56,784 bases of DNA, taken from Candidatus Woesearchaeota archaeon (lineage in GTDB: Archaea > Nanobdellota > Nanobdellia > Pacearchaeales > GW2011-AR1). The notes under the pieces are model-generated. The model searched no databases and was not told the origin of the DNA. It saw only the letters and a program-made list of their open reading frames with translations. The stretch covers positions 6,786 through 63,569 of the forward strand of contig CAYMES010000001.1 in NCBI GenBank assembly GCA_964389765.1. Reading direction: 5' to 3'. How positions within the stretch are numbered: position 1 is the stretch's first letter; every line of letters starts with the position of its first letter. Shown here piece by piece: positions 35,452 through 46,300 of this stretch. A program made the position numbers and the translations under genes.

Positions 35452-36672
35452 TTACAATAAATAAAAGAGGATGGTGGGCAAGAGCAAGGAGCCCATAAGA
35501 TGTATTCTTCTGATTCCTAGATATATGCAAGTTAATCCAAGTGCTGCAGAAACAACAAATATAAGCAATCCTATAAATTGGGAGAATATTAAAACTAGTA
35601 GAAGCAATATTAAGAGGGTCATTAAAGCTAATTTATTGTATTTTATTTTTGTTATATTTTTAGCTACAAATTTTGCAATTAGCATAGTAAGGGGAAATGC
35701 AATTATACCAGATAAAAAAATAATTCCAAGAATAGTTAAAATGTATTGAAATGAGAAATCTGTAAGTAGTTTGTTAACAGCTACAGAAGTTCCTGTTCTT
35801 GGTTTCTCTATAGCATAAAGAGCAATAAAAGACAAACCTGCTACAATAGTATTAATTGCTCCAAGTAAGATTAAGAATTCTTTTTTATCAATCCTTTTTT
35901 TATCTGAAATAACGCTGCTTCCAATAGCTGCTGCTTGTCCACTTCCTAATCCAGGAAGAAAAGAACATAAAGGAGCAGAAATAATAGAAGCAAATATGGA
36001 TCTTGTAAAAAGCTTTTTTTTAATTTTTATATTTTTAAGTTTAGAGATTTTTTGTTTTGGAATTTTTTGTTTTTTAATAATAGAAGTTGTTAAGGAGGAT
36101 GCTCCAAATAATCCAGTAAGTAAAGGGAGAAGAGGTTCTTTTAAAGGAAGAGAAAAAGAAGCGATTCCTAAAAATCCAGCTAATAAAAATATTATAATTG
36201 CCCATGTTTTAGATTTTGTTTCAAAATATATAAGAATTCCTGAAACAAAAATAAGTATAAAAGGAATAATATTTTGGATAATTTTGTAAAAAGGAGGTAA
36301 TAAGTAGATAAATAAAGGAGAAAATAAAAGAATTACTAGGATTGCAGTTAAGGAACCATATAAAGTAAGAATAACTGCCTGATACCCTTCTCCTTTTATT
36401 AACATTTCATGTCCTGGCAAGATAGATAGTATGGTATCTTGGTCAGGAGCTCCTAGAAATACAGAAGGAATGTAATCTAAAAATGTATGCACAATTGTCA
36501 TAGATATTATAAAAACAACCAAGGTCAAAGGAGAAAATTTAGAAAGTAGGAAAGGAGATATTCCCAATAATATTATTGCAATTAGATTAATATGTATCCC
36601 AGGAAACAAGCCAGTTATACATCCTGCTAAAATTCCCAAAATAAAAGCTAAAATTATCCATGTCAATAACAT
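35452..36672 (-). CDS. Polytopic membrane protein, TctA/DUF112-like
   Basis: About 10-12 helices. The GLFPGIH and LPGLGSGQAAA motifs resemble the DUF112 family. Confidence 0.55.
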   Translation of the reverse strand: MLLTWIILAFILGILAGCITGLFPGIHINLIAIILLGISPFLLSKFSPLTLVVFIISMTIVHTFLDYIPSVFLGAPDQDTILSILPGHEMLIKGEGYQAVILTLYGSLTAILVILLFSPLFIYLLPPFYKIIQNIIPFILIFVSGILIYFETKSKTWAIIIFLLAGFLGIASFSLPLKEPLLPLLTGLFGASSLTTSIIKKQKIPKQKISKLKNIKIKKKLFTRSIFASIISAPLCSFLPGLGSGQAAAIGSSVISDKKRIDKKEFLILLGAINTIVAGLSFIALYAIEKPRTGTSVAVNKLLTDFSFQYILTILGIIFLSGIIAFPLTMLIAKFVAKNITKIKYNKLALMTLLILLLLVLIFSQFIGLLIFVVSAALGLTCIYLGIRRIHLMGSLLLPTILFYLL

Positions 36673-36723
36673 GTTTATTTTTAATTCCAGAACATTTATA
36701 TAATCTTTTATATATTTTTCAAT

Positions 36724-37617
36724 ATGGTAAATGGGGTTGGAGAATTATTTCAGCAAGAATATTTTCAATTAGCATTAAAGATAATAGTAATTATTATAAT
36801 AGCTTTTATATTAAAATTTATATCAGGACATTATTTTAAAATAGCAAGTAAAAGAGCAGAAAAACATGAATCAAAAGAAGAAGCTAAAATTAAAAAAACA
36901 AGGATAAGTTTATTAAGGAAATTTGTTTCTGCTTTTATTTTTATAGTGGCGATTATTGGAATTTTATTTTTTGTTCCTGGTTTTAAAAATGCAGCTTATT
37001 CTTTATTAGCTGGTGCAGGAATTTTTGCAATAGTTATGGGGTTTGCAGCTCAAAAAACTCTTGCAAATGTAATGTCTGGAATTTCAATAGCTTTATATGC
37101 TCCTTTTAGAGTAGGAGATAAATTAAAAATTTTTGAAGAATATGGAATTGTTGAAGATATTTCTCTTAGACATACAGTAATAAAGACATGGGATAATAAA
37201 AGATTAGTTATTCCTAATTCCCTCATAGATGATAAAGAAATTATAAATTATAGTTTACATGGGGAAAGAGTTTTATGGACAATTAATATAGGGATTAGTT
37301 ATGATTCAGATATTGATAAAGCTAAGAAAATAATGTTAAATCTTGCAAAAAAACATGAAAACAATATTGAATTTGAAGAATTTGATAAACATAGTGGAAA
37401 AAAAGCTAAAAGAGAGCCACTTGTAAGAGTTACAGAATGTGGAGATTTTGCTGTCAATATAAGACTTTATTATTGGTGTGAAGATGCTTGGATAGCTTGG
37501 AAAATGGGATATGATTTAACAGAGCAGATTAAAAAAGAATTTGATAAAAAAGGAATTGAAATTCCTTTTCCTTATCGCACTATTGTTTATAAAAAAGATA
37601 TTGATAAGAATAAATAA
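36724..37617 (+). CDS. mscS: Small-conductance mechanosensitive channel (MscS family)
   Basis: TM3-like segment GFAAQKTLANVMSGISIAL, beta-domain segment FRVGDKLKIFEEYGIVEDISLRHTVIKTWDNKRLVIPNS. Confidence 0.8.
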   Translation: MVNGVGELFQQEYFQLALKIIVIIIIAFILKFISGHYFKIASKRAEKHESKEEAKIKKTRISLLRKFVSAFIFIVAIIGILFFVPGFKNAAYSLLAGAGIFAIVMGFAAQKTLANVMSGISIALYAPFRVGDKLKIFEEYGIVEDISLRHTVIKTWDNKRLVIPNSLIDDKEIINYSLHGERVLWTINIGISYDSDIDKAKKIMLNLAKKHENNIEFEEFDKHSGKKAKREPLVRVTECGDFAVNIRLYYWCEDAWIAWKMGYDLTEQIKKEFDKKGIEIPFPYRTIVYKKDIDKNK

Positions 37618-37673
37618 TCTTAGAAAAGAAAAATTTTATAAGAAGGGTTTATTTAAAAATAAAGAATAGGAAA

Positions 37674-37907
37674 ATGGCAGAACAAATAAAAAGACAAAAA
37701 AAGAATTGGATAACTGCATTGTTGTTATCTATTTTTTTAGGAGCCTTAGGTATTGACAGATTTTATATGGGGTATGTAGGTACGGGGATTTTGAAATTGT
37801 TAATTTCAATAGTTACATTAGGATTTGCATCATGGATATGGTGGTTAATTGATTTAATATTAATTGCTGTAAAGCATGATTTTGCAAGAGTTGAATGGAT
37901 TGATTAA
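37674..37907 (+). CDS. TM2-domain membrane protein
   Basis: Contains ALLLSIFLGALGIDRFYMGYVGTGILKLL. Confidence 0.75.
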   Translation: MAEQIKRQKKNWITALLLSIFLGALGIDRFYMGYVGTGILKLLISIVTLGFASWIWWLIDLILIAVKHDFARVEWID

Positions 37908-37919
37908 AAAGAGGCAAGA

Positions 37920-38699
37920 ATGGCAGATAAAATAGTTTTGAATTATTTGGAAAAATATTATGGGAAATATAATTTTGAGGATTTAAAAAATAAAATAATT
38001 TCTGCAGGATATAGTGTTGAAGATATTGGGCAAGCTATTAATGAATTGGGTATGGATGAAAGGCAAGAAGGGAATATAGAAGCTGAACCTCTTAAATTAA
38101 AAAGTTCAAGATGGTTTAAGGCTGGAGCAATATCTGGGGTGTTATTTTTATTTTTATTTTTTTTAAATATTATTTTATTTTTTACTTTTTCAAGTATAAG
38201 AGAGATTCCTATTATTGTTTTTATTTTACAAGGAATTTGTTTAATTTTATTTTTTTATGGATTTGTTTGTTTGGGAAAAAAATATAATGAGGGATTGTTA
38301 AATGTAGTTGGATGGATGTTAATAATTGTAGGAGCAATGGGTGTAATTTTTCAATTGTTGATTTTATTTTTTCCAAATTTAATAGGGGAGATGGTATTTG
38401 GAGCTTTGTTTGAGTCTTTTATGCCTGGAAGTTCTGGAGATATTTCGTCTATTATTGCTTCTTTAGGGATTTTAATTATTATATTATTTGTTTTAGCTTT
38501 GTTTTATTTTGTTATGTTTATTCTTTTAGGAGTTGGTTTAATTAAATTAAAAAAAGAATCAGGATTAGCAAAGATTACAGGGATATTGATGATTGTAGGA
38601 ACAGGTGGTTTATTGTTATTTGGAGTAGGTATTTTGGTTTTATTAGTTGCATTTGTTTTTGCAGTTATTTTGTTTTTTAAACAAGCTAAAAATTCTTAA
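37920..38699 (+). CDS. Hypothetical polytopic membrane protein
   Basis: A soluble N-terminal ~60 aa is followed by about 6 hydrophobic helices. Confidence 0.5.
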   Translation: MADKIVLNYLEKYYGKYNFEDLKNKIISAGYSVEDIGQAINELGMDERQEGNIEAEPLKLKSSRWFKAGAISGVLFLFLFFLNIILFFTFSSIREIPIIVFILQGICLILFFYGFVCLGKKYNEGLLNVVGWMLIIVGAMGVIFQLLILFFPNLIGEMVFGALFESFMPGSSGDISSIIASLGILIIILFVLALFYFVMFILLGVGLIKLKKESGLAKITGILMIVGTGGLLLFGVGILVLLVAFVFAVILFFKQAKNS

Positions 38700-39034
38700 G
38701 AAGATATGATTTTATTAGCAGAGATTTGGAGATATTGGCTATATTCCTGGACCTGTCCTTGAACAATTATTGTATTACCTATTTTTATAGAGTTATCACA
38801 ATTGCAGATTATATCTATTTTACCAGTATCTCCTTTTATAGATATGATTTTAAAATTATTTTTTTCTTGGATATTAAAAATTTCTCCTTTAACTTTTACT
38901 TTTTTGTGAATCATCTTGTTATTTATTTGTCCAATAGATGTTAGTTTTAGGGATAAGATATTTGAAAGAAATAATAAAATAAATATTCCAATTATAGAAA
39001 TTGCTAAAGATATTTTAAATATGTTTTTTTCCAT
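38696..39034 (-). CDS. Membrane-anchored OB-fold protein
   Basis: An N-terminal helix is followed by KVKVKGEIFNIQEKNNFKIISIKGDTGKIDI ... IIVQGQVQEY, a tRNA_anti-like OB pattern. Confidence 0.5.
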   Translation of the reverse strand: MEKNIFKISLAISIIGIFILLFLSNILSLKLTSIGQINNKMIHKKVKVKGEIFNIQEKNNFKIISIKGDTGKIDIICNCDNSIKIGNTIIVQGQVQEYSQYLQISANKIISS

Positions 39035-39089
39035 GTTAGTGGAAAAAGGACAAAATATATAAAGGTTAATTTTTTAAAAAGTTTATAAA

Positions 39090-39284
39090 ATGCAAGAACT
39101 AGAAATGATTGCTCAAGAGGTGTCAAATGCTTCTAATGGGTTTGAAGGAATTGTATGGTATGTTGGAGCTGCTGCTTTAGTTGTTGGAGGAGCACTTATT
39201 GCATATAAGGTTCCAAAATGGAGAAAAAAGTGGCAGGAACAAGATTCAGAAAAATATGGAGCAGAGGATTTATATAGAAAATAA
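39090..39284 (+). CDS. Small single-pass membrane protein
   Basis: 64 aa with one helix (IVWYVGAAALVVGGALIAY). Confidence 0.4.
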   Translation: MQELEMIAQEVSNASNGFEGIVWYVGAAALVVGGALIAYKVPKWRKKWQEQDSEKYGAEDLYRK

Positions 39285-39331
39285 AAGTTTTGAACAATAA
39301 ACTTTATTAAGCTTATTTTTTTTAAGTTAGC

Positions 39332-40345
39332 ATGAAATTGGATAAAAGGTTTGAGATTATAAAAAGAAATACAGAAGAGATAGTTACAGAGCAAGAACTT
39401 AAGAAAGTTTTAAAGGAAAAGGAAAAGCCAGTAGTTTATTTAGGAACAGCTATAACTGGTAAACCACATGTAGGTTATTATGTATGGGTTTTAAAACTTT
39501 CAGATTTTTTAAAAGCAGGATTTAAAGTGAAGTTATTATTGGCAGATTTGCATGGGGCATTAGATAATTCTCAATGGTCTACTTTAGAAAAAAGATATGA
39601 TTATTATGCAAGGGTATTGCCCTTAATGTTTAAATCTATTGGGGTAGATATAAAAGATTTAGAAATTGTTAAAGGAAGCGAATTTCAGCTTAAACCAGAA
39701 TATAGTTATGATATTTTGAGGATGTCAACAATAACTTCTATAAATGATTGTAAAAGAGCAGCTTCAGAAGTTGTTAAATTTGGAAAAAATCCAAATCTTT
39801 CAGGGCTGATATATCCCTTAATGCAGTCTTTAGATGAAGTTTATTTAGATGCAGATGTGCAATATGCTGGAATTGATCAAAGAAAAATTATGATGTTTGC
39901 AAGAGAAAATCTTCCTAAAATTAAATATGATAAAAGAATAGAAATTATGACTCCTTTAATTCCAGGTTTAATGGGTAAGAAGATGTCTGCTTCAGATGAA
40001 AAAAGCAAGATTGATTTGCTTGATTCAAAAGAAGTTGTGAAAGATAAAGTTAAAAATGCAGAATTTATACAAGGTAAAATAGATAATGGTGTAATGGCTT
40101 TTTTAAAGAATGTTTTAATAACTATTAAAAAAGATAAAGGTGAGAAATTTATAGTTAAGAGGGATCAAAAATATGGAGGAGATTTAGAATATGAAGATTA
40201 TGAAGAGATTGAAGCAGATATTAAAAATAAAAAGATCCATCCTTTAGATTTGAAATTAGCAGTTGCAGAAGAAATAAATAAGTTATTAGAAGTTATAAGG
40301 AATGATAAAAAAATTCAGCAATTAGAGAAAAGAGCTTATAAATAA
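39332..40345 (+). CDS. tyrS: Tyrosyl-tRNA synthetase, archaeal type
   Basis: HVGY (HIGH-type) and KMSAS (KMSKS-type) motifs. The ~337-aa length lacks the bacterial C-terminal domain. Confidence 0.85.
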   Translation: MKLDKRFEIIKRNTEEIVTEQELKKVLKEKEKPVVYLGTAITGKPHVGYYVWVLKLSDFLKAGFKVKLLLADLHGALDNSQWSTLEKRYDYYARVLPLMFKSIGVDIKDLEIVKGSEFQLKPEYSYDILRMSTITSINDCKRAASEVVKFGKNPNLSGLIYPLMQSLDEVYLDADVQYAGIDQRKIMMFARENLPKIKYDKRIEIMTPLIPGLMGKKMSASDEKSKIDLLDSKEVVKDKVKNAEFIQGKIDNGVMAFLKNVLITIKKDKGEKFIVKRDQKYGGDLEYEDYEEIEADIKNKKIHPLDLKLAVAEEINKLLEVIRNDKKIQQLEKRAYK

Positions 40346-40359
40346 TATTATGTTGGAAA

Positions 40360-41274
40360 TTATTTGGTTTTAAATTCTATAATGTCTTTATCTTTAACTA
40401 TATGGTCAAGTCCTACTTTTTGATTAGGAAATTTTGAACTTGGACCTGTTATTCTTGCTTGTTTAATATTTTTTGAAAAACCATGTAAGATTTTTTCTGC
40501 GACATCTTTTAATGTAGAATTGGGAGGAAGCAAGACAGGAATTTCATCTTTTTGTTTTCCAGGTTGTTTTGTATAAATTCTATCAATTCCTGAATTTTCA
40601 AGAAGTTTTTCTTTAAGTTCTGATATTCCTTGTTTTGTTTTACAAGATATAAGGCAAGAAGTGTATTTTTCAGTTTGCAAGGTTGCTTTTTGTTTTCTTT
40701 TTTGAGTTGTGTTTAGTCTGTCAACTTTATTAAGAACAACTATTTTTTTACCATTTGCTTTTTTTAAAAATGGTTCTATATTTTTTAAATCATCTACATT
40801 ATTAATTATAAGGAGCAAGATGTCAGCATTATTAGCTAGTCCTTGGTCAAAATTTTCATAATTAATTGAAGGCATATCTATAATCTGGAATTTTATACCT
40901 TTATAATCTATTATTCCTACTAGAGGAGATTTTGTTGTAAAGTCATATGCTGCTATTAAAGGGTTAGCATTTGTTAATTCTGAGAGTAGGGAAGATTTTC
41001 CAGAATTAGTTAATCCACATAAAACTGCTTGGATTCCTTGTTTTTTTATCCCTTCTCTTTTTCTTGTTTTTTTATGTTGTTTTTCTCTTTTTTCTAGTTT
41101 TTGTTTTAGTTTTTTATATCTTGTTCTTATGTTTTTTCTTAAAGATTCTGCTCCTTTATGAGTGGGCATTGTAGATATCATTTCTTCAAGAGCTTCAAGT
41201 CTTTGTTCATCTGTTCCTGCTGCTTGAAATTTTGCCTCAGCTTTTTTATATTCTGGGGATGCGTTTATAGGCAT
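40360..41274 (-). CDS. DRG/Obg-like GTP-binding protein with a C-terminal TGS domain
   Basis: G1 motif GLTNSGKSS, G3 motif DMPS, G4 motif NKVD. The C-terminus (GLDHIVKDKDIIEF) is TGS-like. Confidence 0.75.
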   Translation of the reverse strand: MPINASPEYKKAEAKFQAAGTDEQRLEALEEMISTMPTHKGAESLRKNIRTRYKKLKQKLEKREKQHKKTRKREGIKKQGIQAVLCGLTNSGKSSLLSELTNANPLIAAYDFTTKSPLVGIIDYKGIKFQIIDMPSINYENFDQGLANNADILLLIINNVDDLKNIEPFLKKANGKKIVVLNKVDRLNTTQKRKQKATLQTEKYTSCLISCKTKQGISELKEKLLENSGIDRIYTKQPGKQKDEIPVLLPPNSTLKDVAEKILHGFSKNIKQARITGPSSKFPNQKVGLDHIVKDKDIIEFKTK

Positions 41275-41541
41275 TTTTATAATAGTGGAGGAGATTATTT
41301 AAAAGTATTTTTATATAATTTTTTAATTTTTTACAAGATCTATTATGATGGGAGGTTTTTGTAAATTTAAATAGATTTCCTTTAAAAGTTTTTAACAATA
41401 ATAGGAATTGATGGGTTTTAAATAGTTGATAGACTAAATAATTTTTAATTAGTTTATAATTGATATGTTTAACAAAACTGAAATAAAATATATATAAAAA
41501 AATATAGAAATTCTTTTATATTGTTTATTCCTTATTTTTTA

Positions 41542-41937
41542 ATGAAAAAGACTCAAAAAACCCTTCCAATATTGATTTTCTCATGTGTTTTAGCAGGATG
41601 TGGTTTTAAAGGGATTGTTACGAGGAAAAACCATGAGCAGAAAAGAGAGTGGACAGAAAATTATTCTCTTATTATTTCTAATGGAAAACAATATAAGAGA
41701 AGCAGTTGTAAGGTTAGATGTTTAGATGATGAAGACTTTATTATTTATGTTCAAGGAGAGAATGAGGTGAGAAAATTTTATTTAAAAGACAGAGATTTTT
41801 TTGGAGAAGTAAAAGTAGGAGATGGATTTACTTATGATCCAGGCATTGCTGAACAAGAAGATCCTGTAAAAAAACAAAGAATTGGCAATGATAAGAATTT
41901 AGGATTTGGAGGAGGAAAATATGAATTTAAAAGATAA
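41542..41937 (+). CDS. Putative lipoprotein
   Basis: MKKTQKTLPILIFSCVLAGCG carries a lipobox. The ATG at 41542 is preferred over the TTG at 41521. Confidence 0.5.
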   Translation: MKKTQKTLPILIFSCVLAGCGFKGIVTRKNHEQKREWTENYSLIISNGKQYKRSSCKVRCLDDEDFIIYVQGENEVRKFYLKDRDFFGEVKVGDGFTYDPGIAEQEDPVKKQRIGNDKNLGFGGGKYEFKR

Positions 41938-42256
41938 AATCTTGCCTATAGGTTTAAGTGCATTGTTAAGTATAGGAGGATGTATGGGGCGAGGAGAAGT
42001 TATTAGGAAAGAATATGTTCCTTATAAAGGAGGAACAAAGATAATAGGTTATCCTCCTGCTCTTTTAGTAGGTTCTTTGATGTTAAATTTGGCAACTACC
42101 CAACACCGAAAAAATAAGTTACACTTAGAATATTATGATTTTGAAAAGCAAAAATTTGTAAAAAGCCAGATTGATGTAGAACCTAATGTTTATAGAGAAG
42201 TCCAAGAAGGAGATTGGTTTGTTTTTACAAATAATTTAGAGGAATTTAATGAATAA
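41921..42256 (+). CDS. Putative lipoprotein
   Basis: MNLKDKILPIGLSALLSIGGC carries a lipobox. The ATG at 41921 is preceded by GGAGGAGG and overlaps the upstream gene by 17 nt. Confidence 0.5.
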   Translation: MNLKDKILPIGLSALLSIGGCMGRGEVIRKEYVPYKGGTKIIGYPPALLVGSLMLNLATTQHRKNKLHLEYYDFEKQKFVKSQIDVEPNVYREVQEGDWFVFTNNLEEFNE

Positions 42257-42309
42257 TTAATAGATTTTTTAAGAGTTAGATTTAAAATATAGATGTTTCT
42301 TTTATTTTT

Positions 42310-42870
42310 ATGAAAAATTCAAATGTTTTAAAGATAAGTAAGAAGTTTTTTTTGAAAGATACAGAAACAATAGCTAGAGATTTGTTAAGGAAAGTGTTAG
42401 TTAGGAAAATAAATAGCAAGGTTTTGAGAGCAAGAATAGTTGAAACAGAGGCATATTTGGGAGAAGAGGATCCTGCTTCTTATGCAAGTAAGGGAGATAA
42501 TAAAGTTAGTAAAATGATGAAAGAGCAAGGAGGGAAGATATTGATTTATAATGTTCATAAATATAAGATGTTAAATTTTGTAACAGCAGAAAAAGGAAAA
42601 CCAAGAGCTGTTTTAATAAGAGCTTTAGAACCTTTAAATTTTAAAAGAAGATGTTGTGGACCGGGATTATTAACTCTTGCATTGGATATTGATGACAGAT
42701 TTCATGGGCAAGATATATTAAAAAATAAAGAAATATGGTTAGAAGAACAAGATATAGATAAGACTAAAGAAAAAGAAATTGTAAAGGCATTTAGAATAGG
42801 AGTTAGACAAGATTTACCAAAAAAATTGAGATTTTATATTAAAGGAAATGAACATGTTAGTAGAATTTAA
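42310..42870 (+). CDS. 3-methyladenine DNA glycosylase (AAG/Mpg family)
   Basis: IVETEAYLGEEDPASYA matches the AAG catalytic-region signature. Confidence 0.8.
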   Translation: MKNSNVLKISKKFFLKDTETIARDLLRKVLVRKINSKVLRARIVETEAYLGEEDPASYASKGDNKVSKMMKEQGGKILIYNVHKYKMLNFVTAEKGKPRAVLIRALEPLNFKRRCCGPGLLTLALDIDDRFHGQDILKNKEIWLEEQDIDKTKEKEIVKAFRIGVRQDLPKKLRFYIKGNEHVSRI

Positions 42871-43013
42871 TAGATTTTTTTGAAGAAGTTTTTTTACAGT
42901 ACCTATATTAATTATATGTTTTGTTTTTTTGGATAGTAGGACAAAAATAGCCTATTTATGTTTATAAAATTTAAGATTAATTAGCTAATCATAATCTTAT
43001 AAGTTTCTATCAT

Positions 43014-43220
43014 TAGTTAAATAGCAATAGAAAATTTTAATTTTTAATATATAGAGCATATTGTCTAAGATAGATTTCCTCTTTTTATAATAAAGAATTG
43101 GGTATTTTTATAGAAGGTTATAGTTAAACTATTATAATAAAGAATAAAATTCTATAAATCATCTAAAAGATTTCTAAAATAAACAGAAGATTTTAATTGG
43201 AATTTTCTTAATTTTGTCCC
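43014..43220 (+). repeat. Copy 2 of the ~205-bp direct repeat (partner at 3320..3527)
   Basis: See copy 1. This copy lies 140 nt upstream of the giant surface-protein gene. Confidence 0.9.
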
Positions 43221-43359
43221 AAAGCCGTTTTTTTGAAGATATTTGTTGCTTATGTTGTTGTATTTATTGTTTTTGGTAATTATAAATAATTTTATAGAGG
43301 ATGGGTTATTGGAAATTTTTTAACAAAAGATTTAAATAGTTTTTATTTTATATAATTAA

Positions 43360-46300
43360 ATGCGAAAAAAGAGGGTTAAAGGAGTGTTTGTTATTTTAGT
43401 ATTAGTAATTTTGTCAATTAGCTTGGTTTCTGCAGGTTTTTGGAAAGGTTTTATTGATGGAATTACAGGGAAGGCAACAAGTTCTGAGGAGATTTGTGAA
43501 TGTTCTTCTTGTTCAGAATGTCAAGAAAAATTACAAGATGATAGTTGTGAAGAAGTTAAATTGACAGAAAATATTGATTCAGCAGGAAATTGTATTTTTA
43601 TTAGCTCAGAAATTAAAGATAAAACTTTTGATTGTCAAGGTTATTCTATTAGAGGAGAGAATTCAAGTTATGGAGTATATTTAAAGAGTGCTAAAAATTG
43701 TGTTATTAAGGATTGTACTTTTTCTGGTTTTTATAATACTTTATTTATTTATAAAGGTCAAAGAAATAAGGTTTTAGATAATGAAGTTAAAGGATATAAT
43801 GGAATGGGTATTTATTTTTATGGAGGTTTTGAAAATTTAATTAGTAATAATGTTATTAAAGATTCTTTAAGCAGAGGAATATATATTATCAGAGGAAGCG
43901 GAGATATAATTAGAAGCAATCAAATAAGCGGTTCAAGAATAGGAGCATATTTTTATCAAGGGAACAATAATTCTTTATATGGAAATAGCTTGAAAAATAA
44001 TCAGTATGGATTGGTTTTTTATGGGGGCAGCAATCAGATTATTGGAAATATTGCTTGTGAAAATAGCAGATATGATTTATATATTAGAGGAAGCGGAGAT
44101 TATTTTTTAGATAACACTTGTGACAAAGTAAGAGCAGAAGGTATTGAAGGGGTTTGTGAAAAAAGTTGTAGTGGAGAGGTGAAGTTTTGCAATGATACAG
44201 GTGGTGGAGTTAATGATATATATAATAAAGGAATAGTTTATGTATCTGAGGGAAGTTTTACAGATAGGTGTGTTAATAATGCTTCTTTAAAAGAATATTA
44301 TTGTAGTGAAGATGATAATGTATCTAATTATTTGCAGGAGTGTCCAAATGGGTGTCAGGATGGAGCATGTATTGAGGAAAATAATAGTGTATTTGAGTGT
44401 AAGGATACAGATGGAGGATTGGATTATTTTAATAAAGGAAAAATTAGTGGAACAATAGGAACAGGAGAATATGCAGATCATTGTTTAAATGAAAATGATT
44501 TAATTGAAAGGCATTGTTTATCTGGAAATAACTTTAATTTTACATTACAATATTCTTGTCCTAATGGTTGTGAAGATGGTGCATGTATAGAAAAACAAGA
44601 AGAAGTAGATAAATGTGGGAATTTAAGTACAAGTATTAAGGGCAATATTAAAATTTTACAAAATGATGGTGAAGAAGTTGTATTGAGAGAAGGAGATAAA
44701 ATTATAGAAGGGGGTTATGTTGTTGTTCCTACAGATGATGGTGGAAAGATTTTAGAATTATCAAGTATCCAAAATAGTTCATCTTCATCACCAAACGATG
44801 ATACAGTAATATTTAAGGATGTTTTAGATGAATCAAAATATTATGAAGTAACAATCATAAATATAGAAGGACAAGGAAAATTGACAATTGAAGGAAGAGA
44901 TTTTCTTGTAGAATATAGGGATGATAAAACAGGACAAGAAGAAAGTGCATGGGCAAGATTAACTTGGGATCCTCAAGATAAGGTTGATACTTTTGATTGT
45001 GAAGTCTTATCTTCGTGTTATGATTTATCAAATATGATTAAGAATCCTTTTGGTTTTATAGATTATAATGGAAATAAATGGAAGATTTCTTATAATGCTA
45101 GTTATAATTTTGAGACTTATATTAAAGGTGAAAAAGTGAAGGTAAAAGACTATCATTCTTCTTGGAATTATGGAAAAGAATATAATGGTAATAAAGGATA
45201 TTATAGGTATATTTATTTAGGTTTTTATGAATTTCCAAATAGTAAAAATGCAAGAGGATATTTAGATGATAGGATGAATTGGCAGATATGTACATCAAGA
45301 ACTTTTAGATATGATGATAAAGAAGAAGTTGTTTATCTTTGTTCTTATTATGATGAATCTTATCCAGAAGAAACTAGGAAAGCAAAAGTTTATTGGTTAA
45401 ATGGAAATAAGATATTTTATCTTCAAGGAGATTCAGATTATTGGGATGATGAAGAAAAGTTAGAAGAATTTTTAGGTAAAGAACATGAAAGAATGAATAG
45501 ATTTATAGAAGGGTTTAAAGATAACAGATACAGGTGGGCAAACCCATATTTAAATTATCCTTTTGAAAAATTTGTTCAAAGTTATTTAGGGGGGTGTGGT
45601 TCTGAATTAGAGCCTTATTATGATGATACAGGAGATGAATGTGAGCCTTGTTGGGAATGTAAAGTTCAACCAAAAATATGTCCTCCTCATGGAGAACAGA
45701 CAGAGAAATGCATAGATAATTGTTGTGACCAAGAAAAAGAATATAGTGTTAGTTGCGAGCCAGGAATTTGTTCTGGATGTTATATTCCAAAGTGGTTAGG
45801 AAGTCAAGAAGACAGGTGTGTGCCTTATGGATTTAGGTTTACTCAGAGAGACTTAGAACAAGATGAAGAGAAATTTAAAGAAGGAGTTTATAGTGATTAT
45901 TCTTTAGATATAGTATCTGATAGCTCTGCTATATGGACATTTTATACTCCTACAGGAAATGATAGTTATAAGCTGGAAGAAGGAGAAACTACTTATATTT
46001 CTTTAGATGATTGGGAATGGGATATTTCTTCTGTAAGCTTTGATGTTAAAGAAGTTAATAAAGAAGAAGGATATATGAGAGTTTTAGTTAATTTAGAAGC
46101 GAAATTTAATGCTTATTGTGATATTGATGGAATGGTTAAATCTCAGAAAGCAGATTGGAGAGAATGTCAAAATAATTATGAATGTGAAAGTAATTTTTGT
46201 TCAGGGCATGAATGTACTGGAATAAATAGAATGATTAAAGAAGCTTCTGGAATAAAATCCCTAGGAATCAAGGTTTTATGTAGATTAGCAAGTTTATTTG

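Noticed and set aside
3320-43220. A 40-kb integrated element or genomic island bounded by the 205-bp direct repeats (att-like).
   Set aside because: The enclosed region carries core single-copy functions: the candidate oriC, orc1, both PolD subunits, TyrRS, Prs and Lhr. No integrase lies at either boundary and no tRNA target is present. The repeats are better explained as a dispersed intergenic element.
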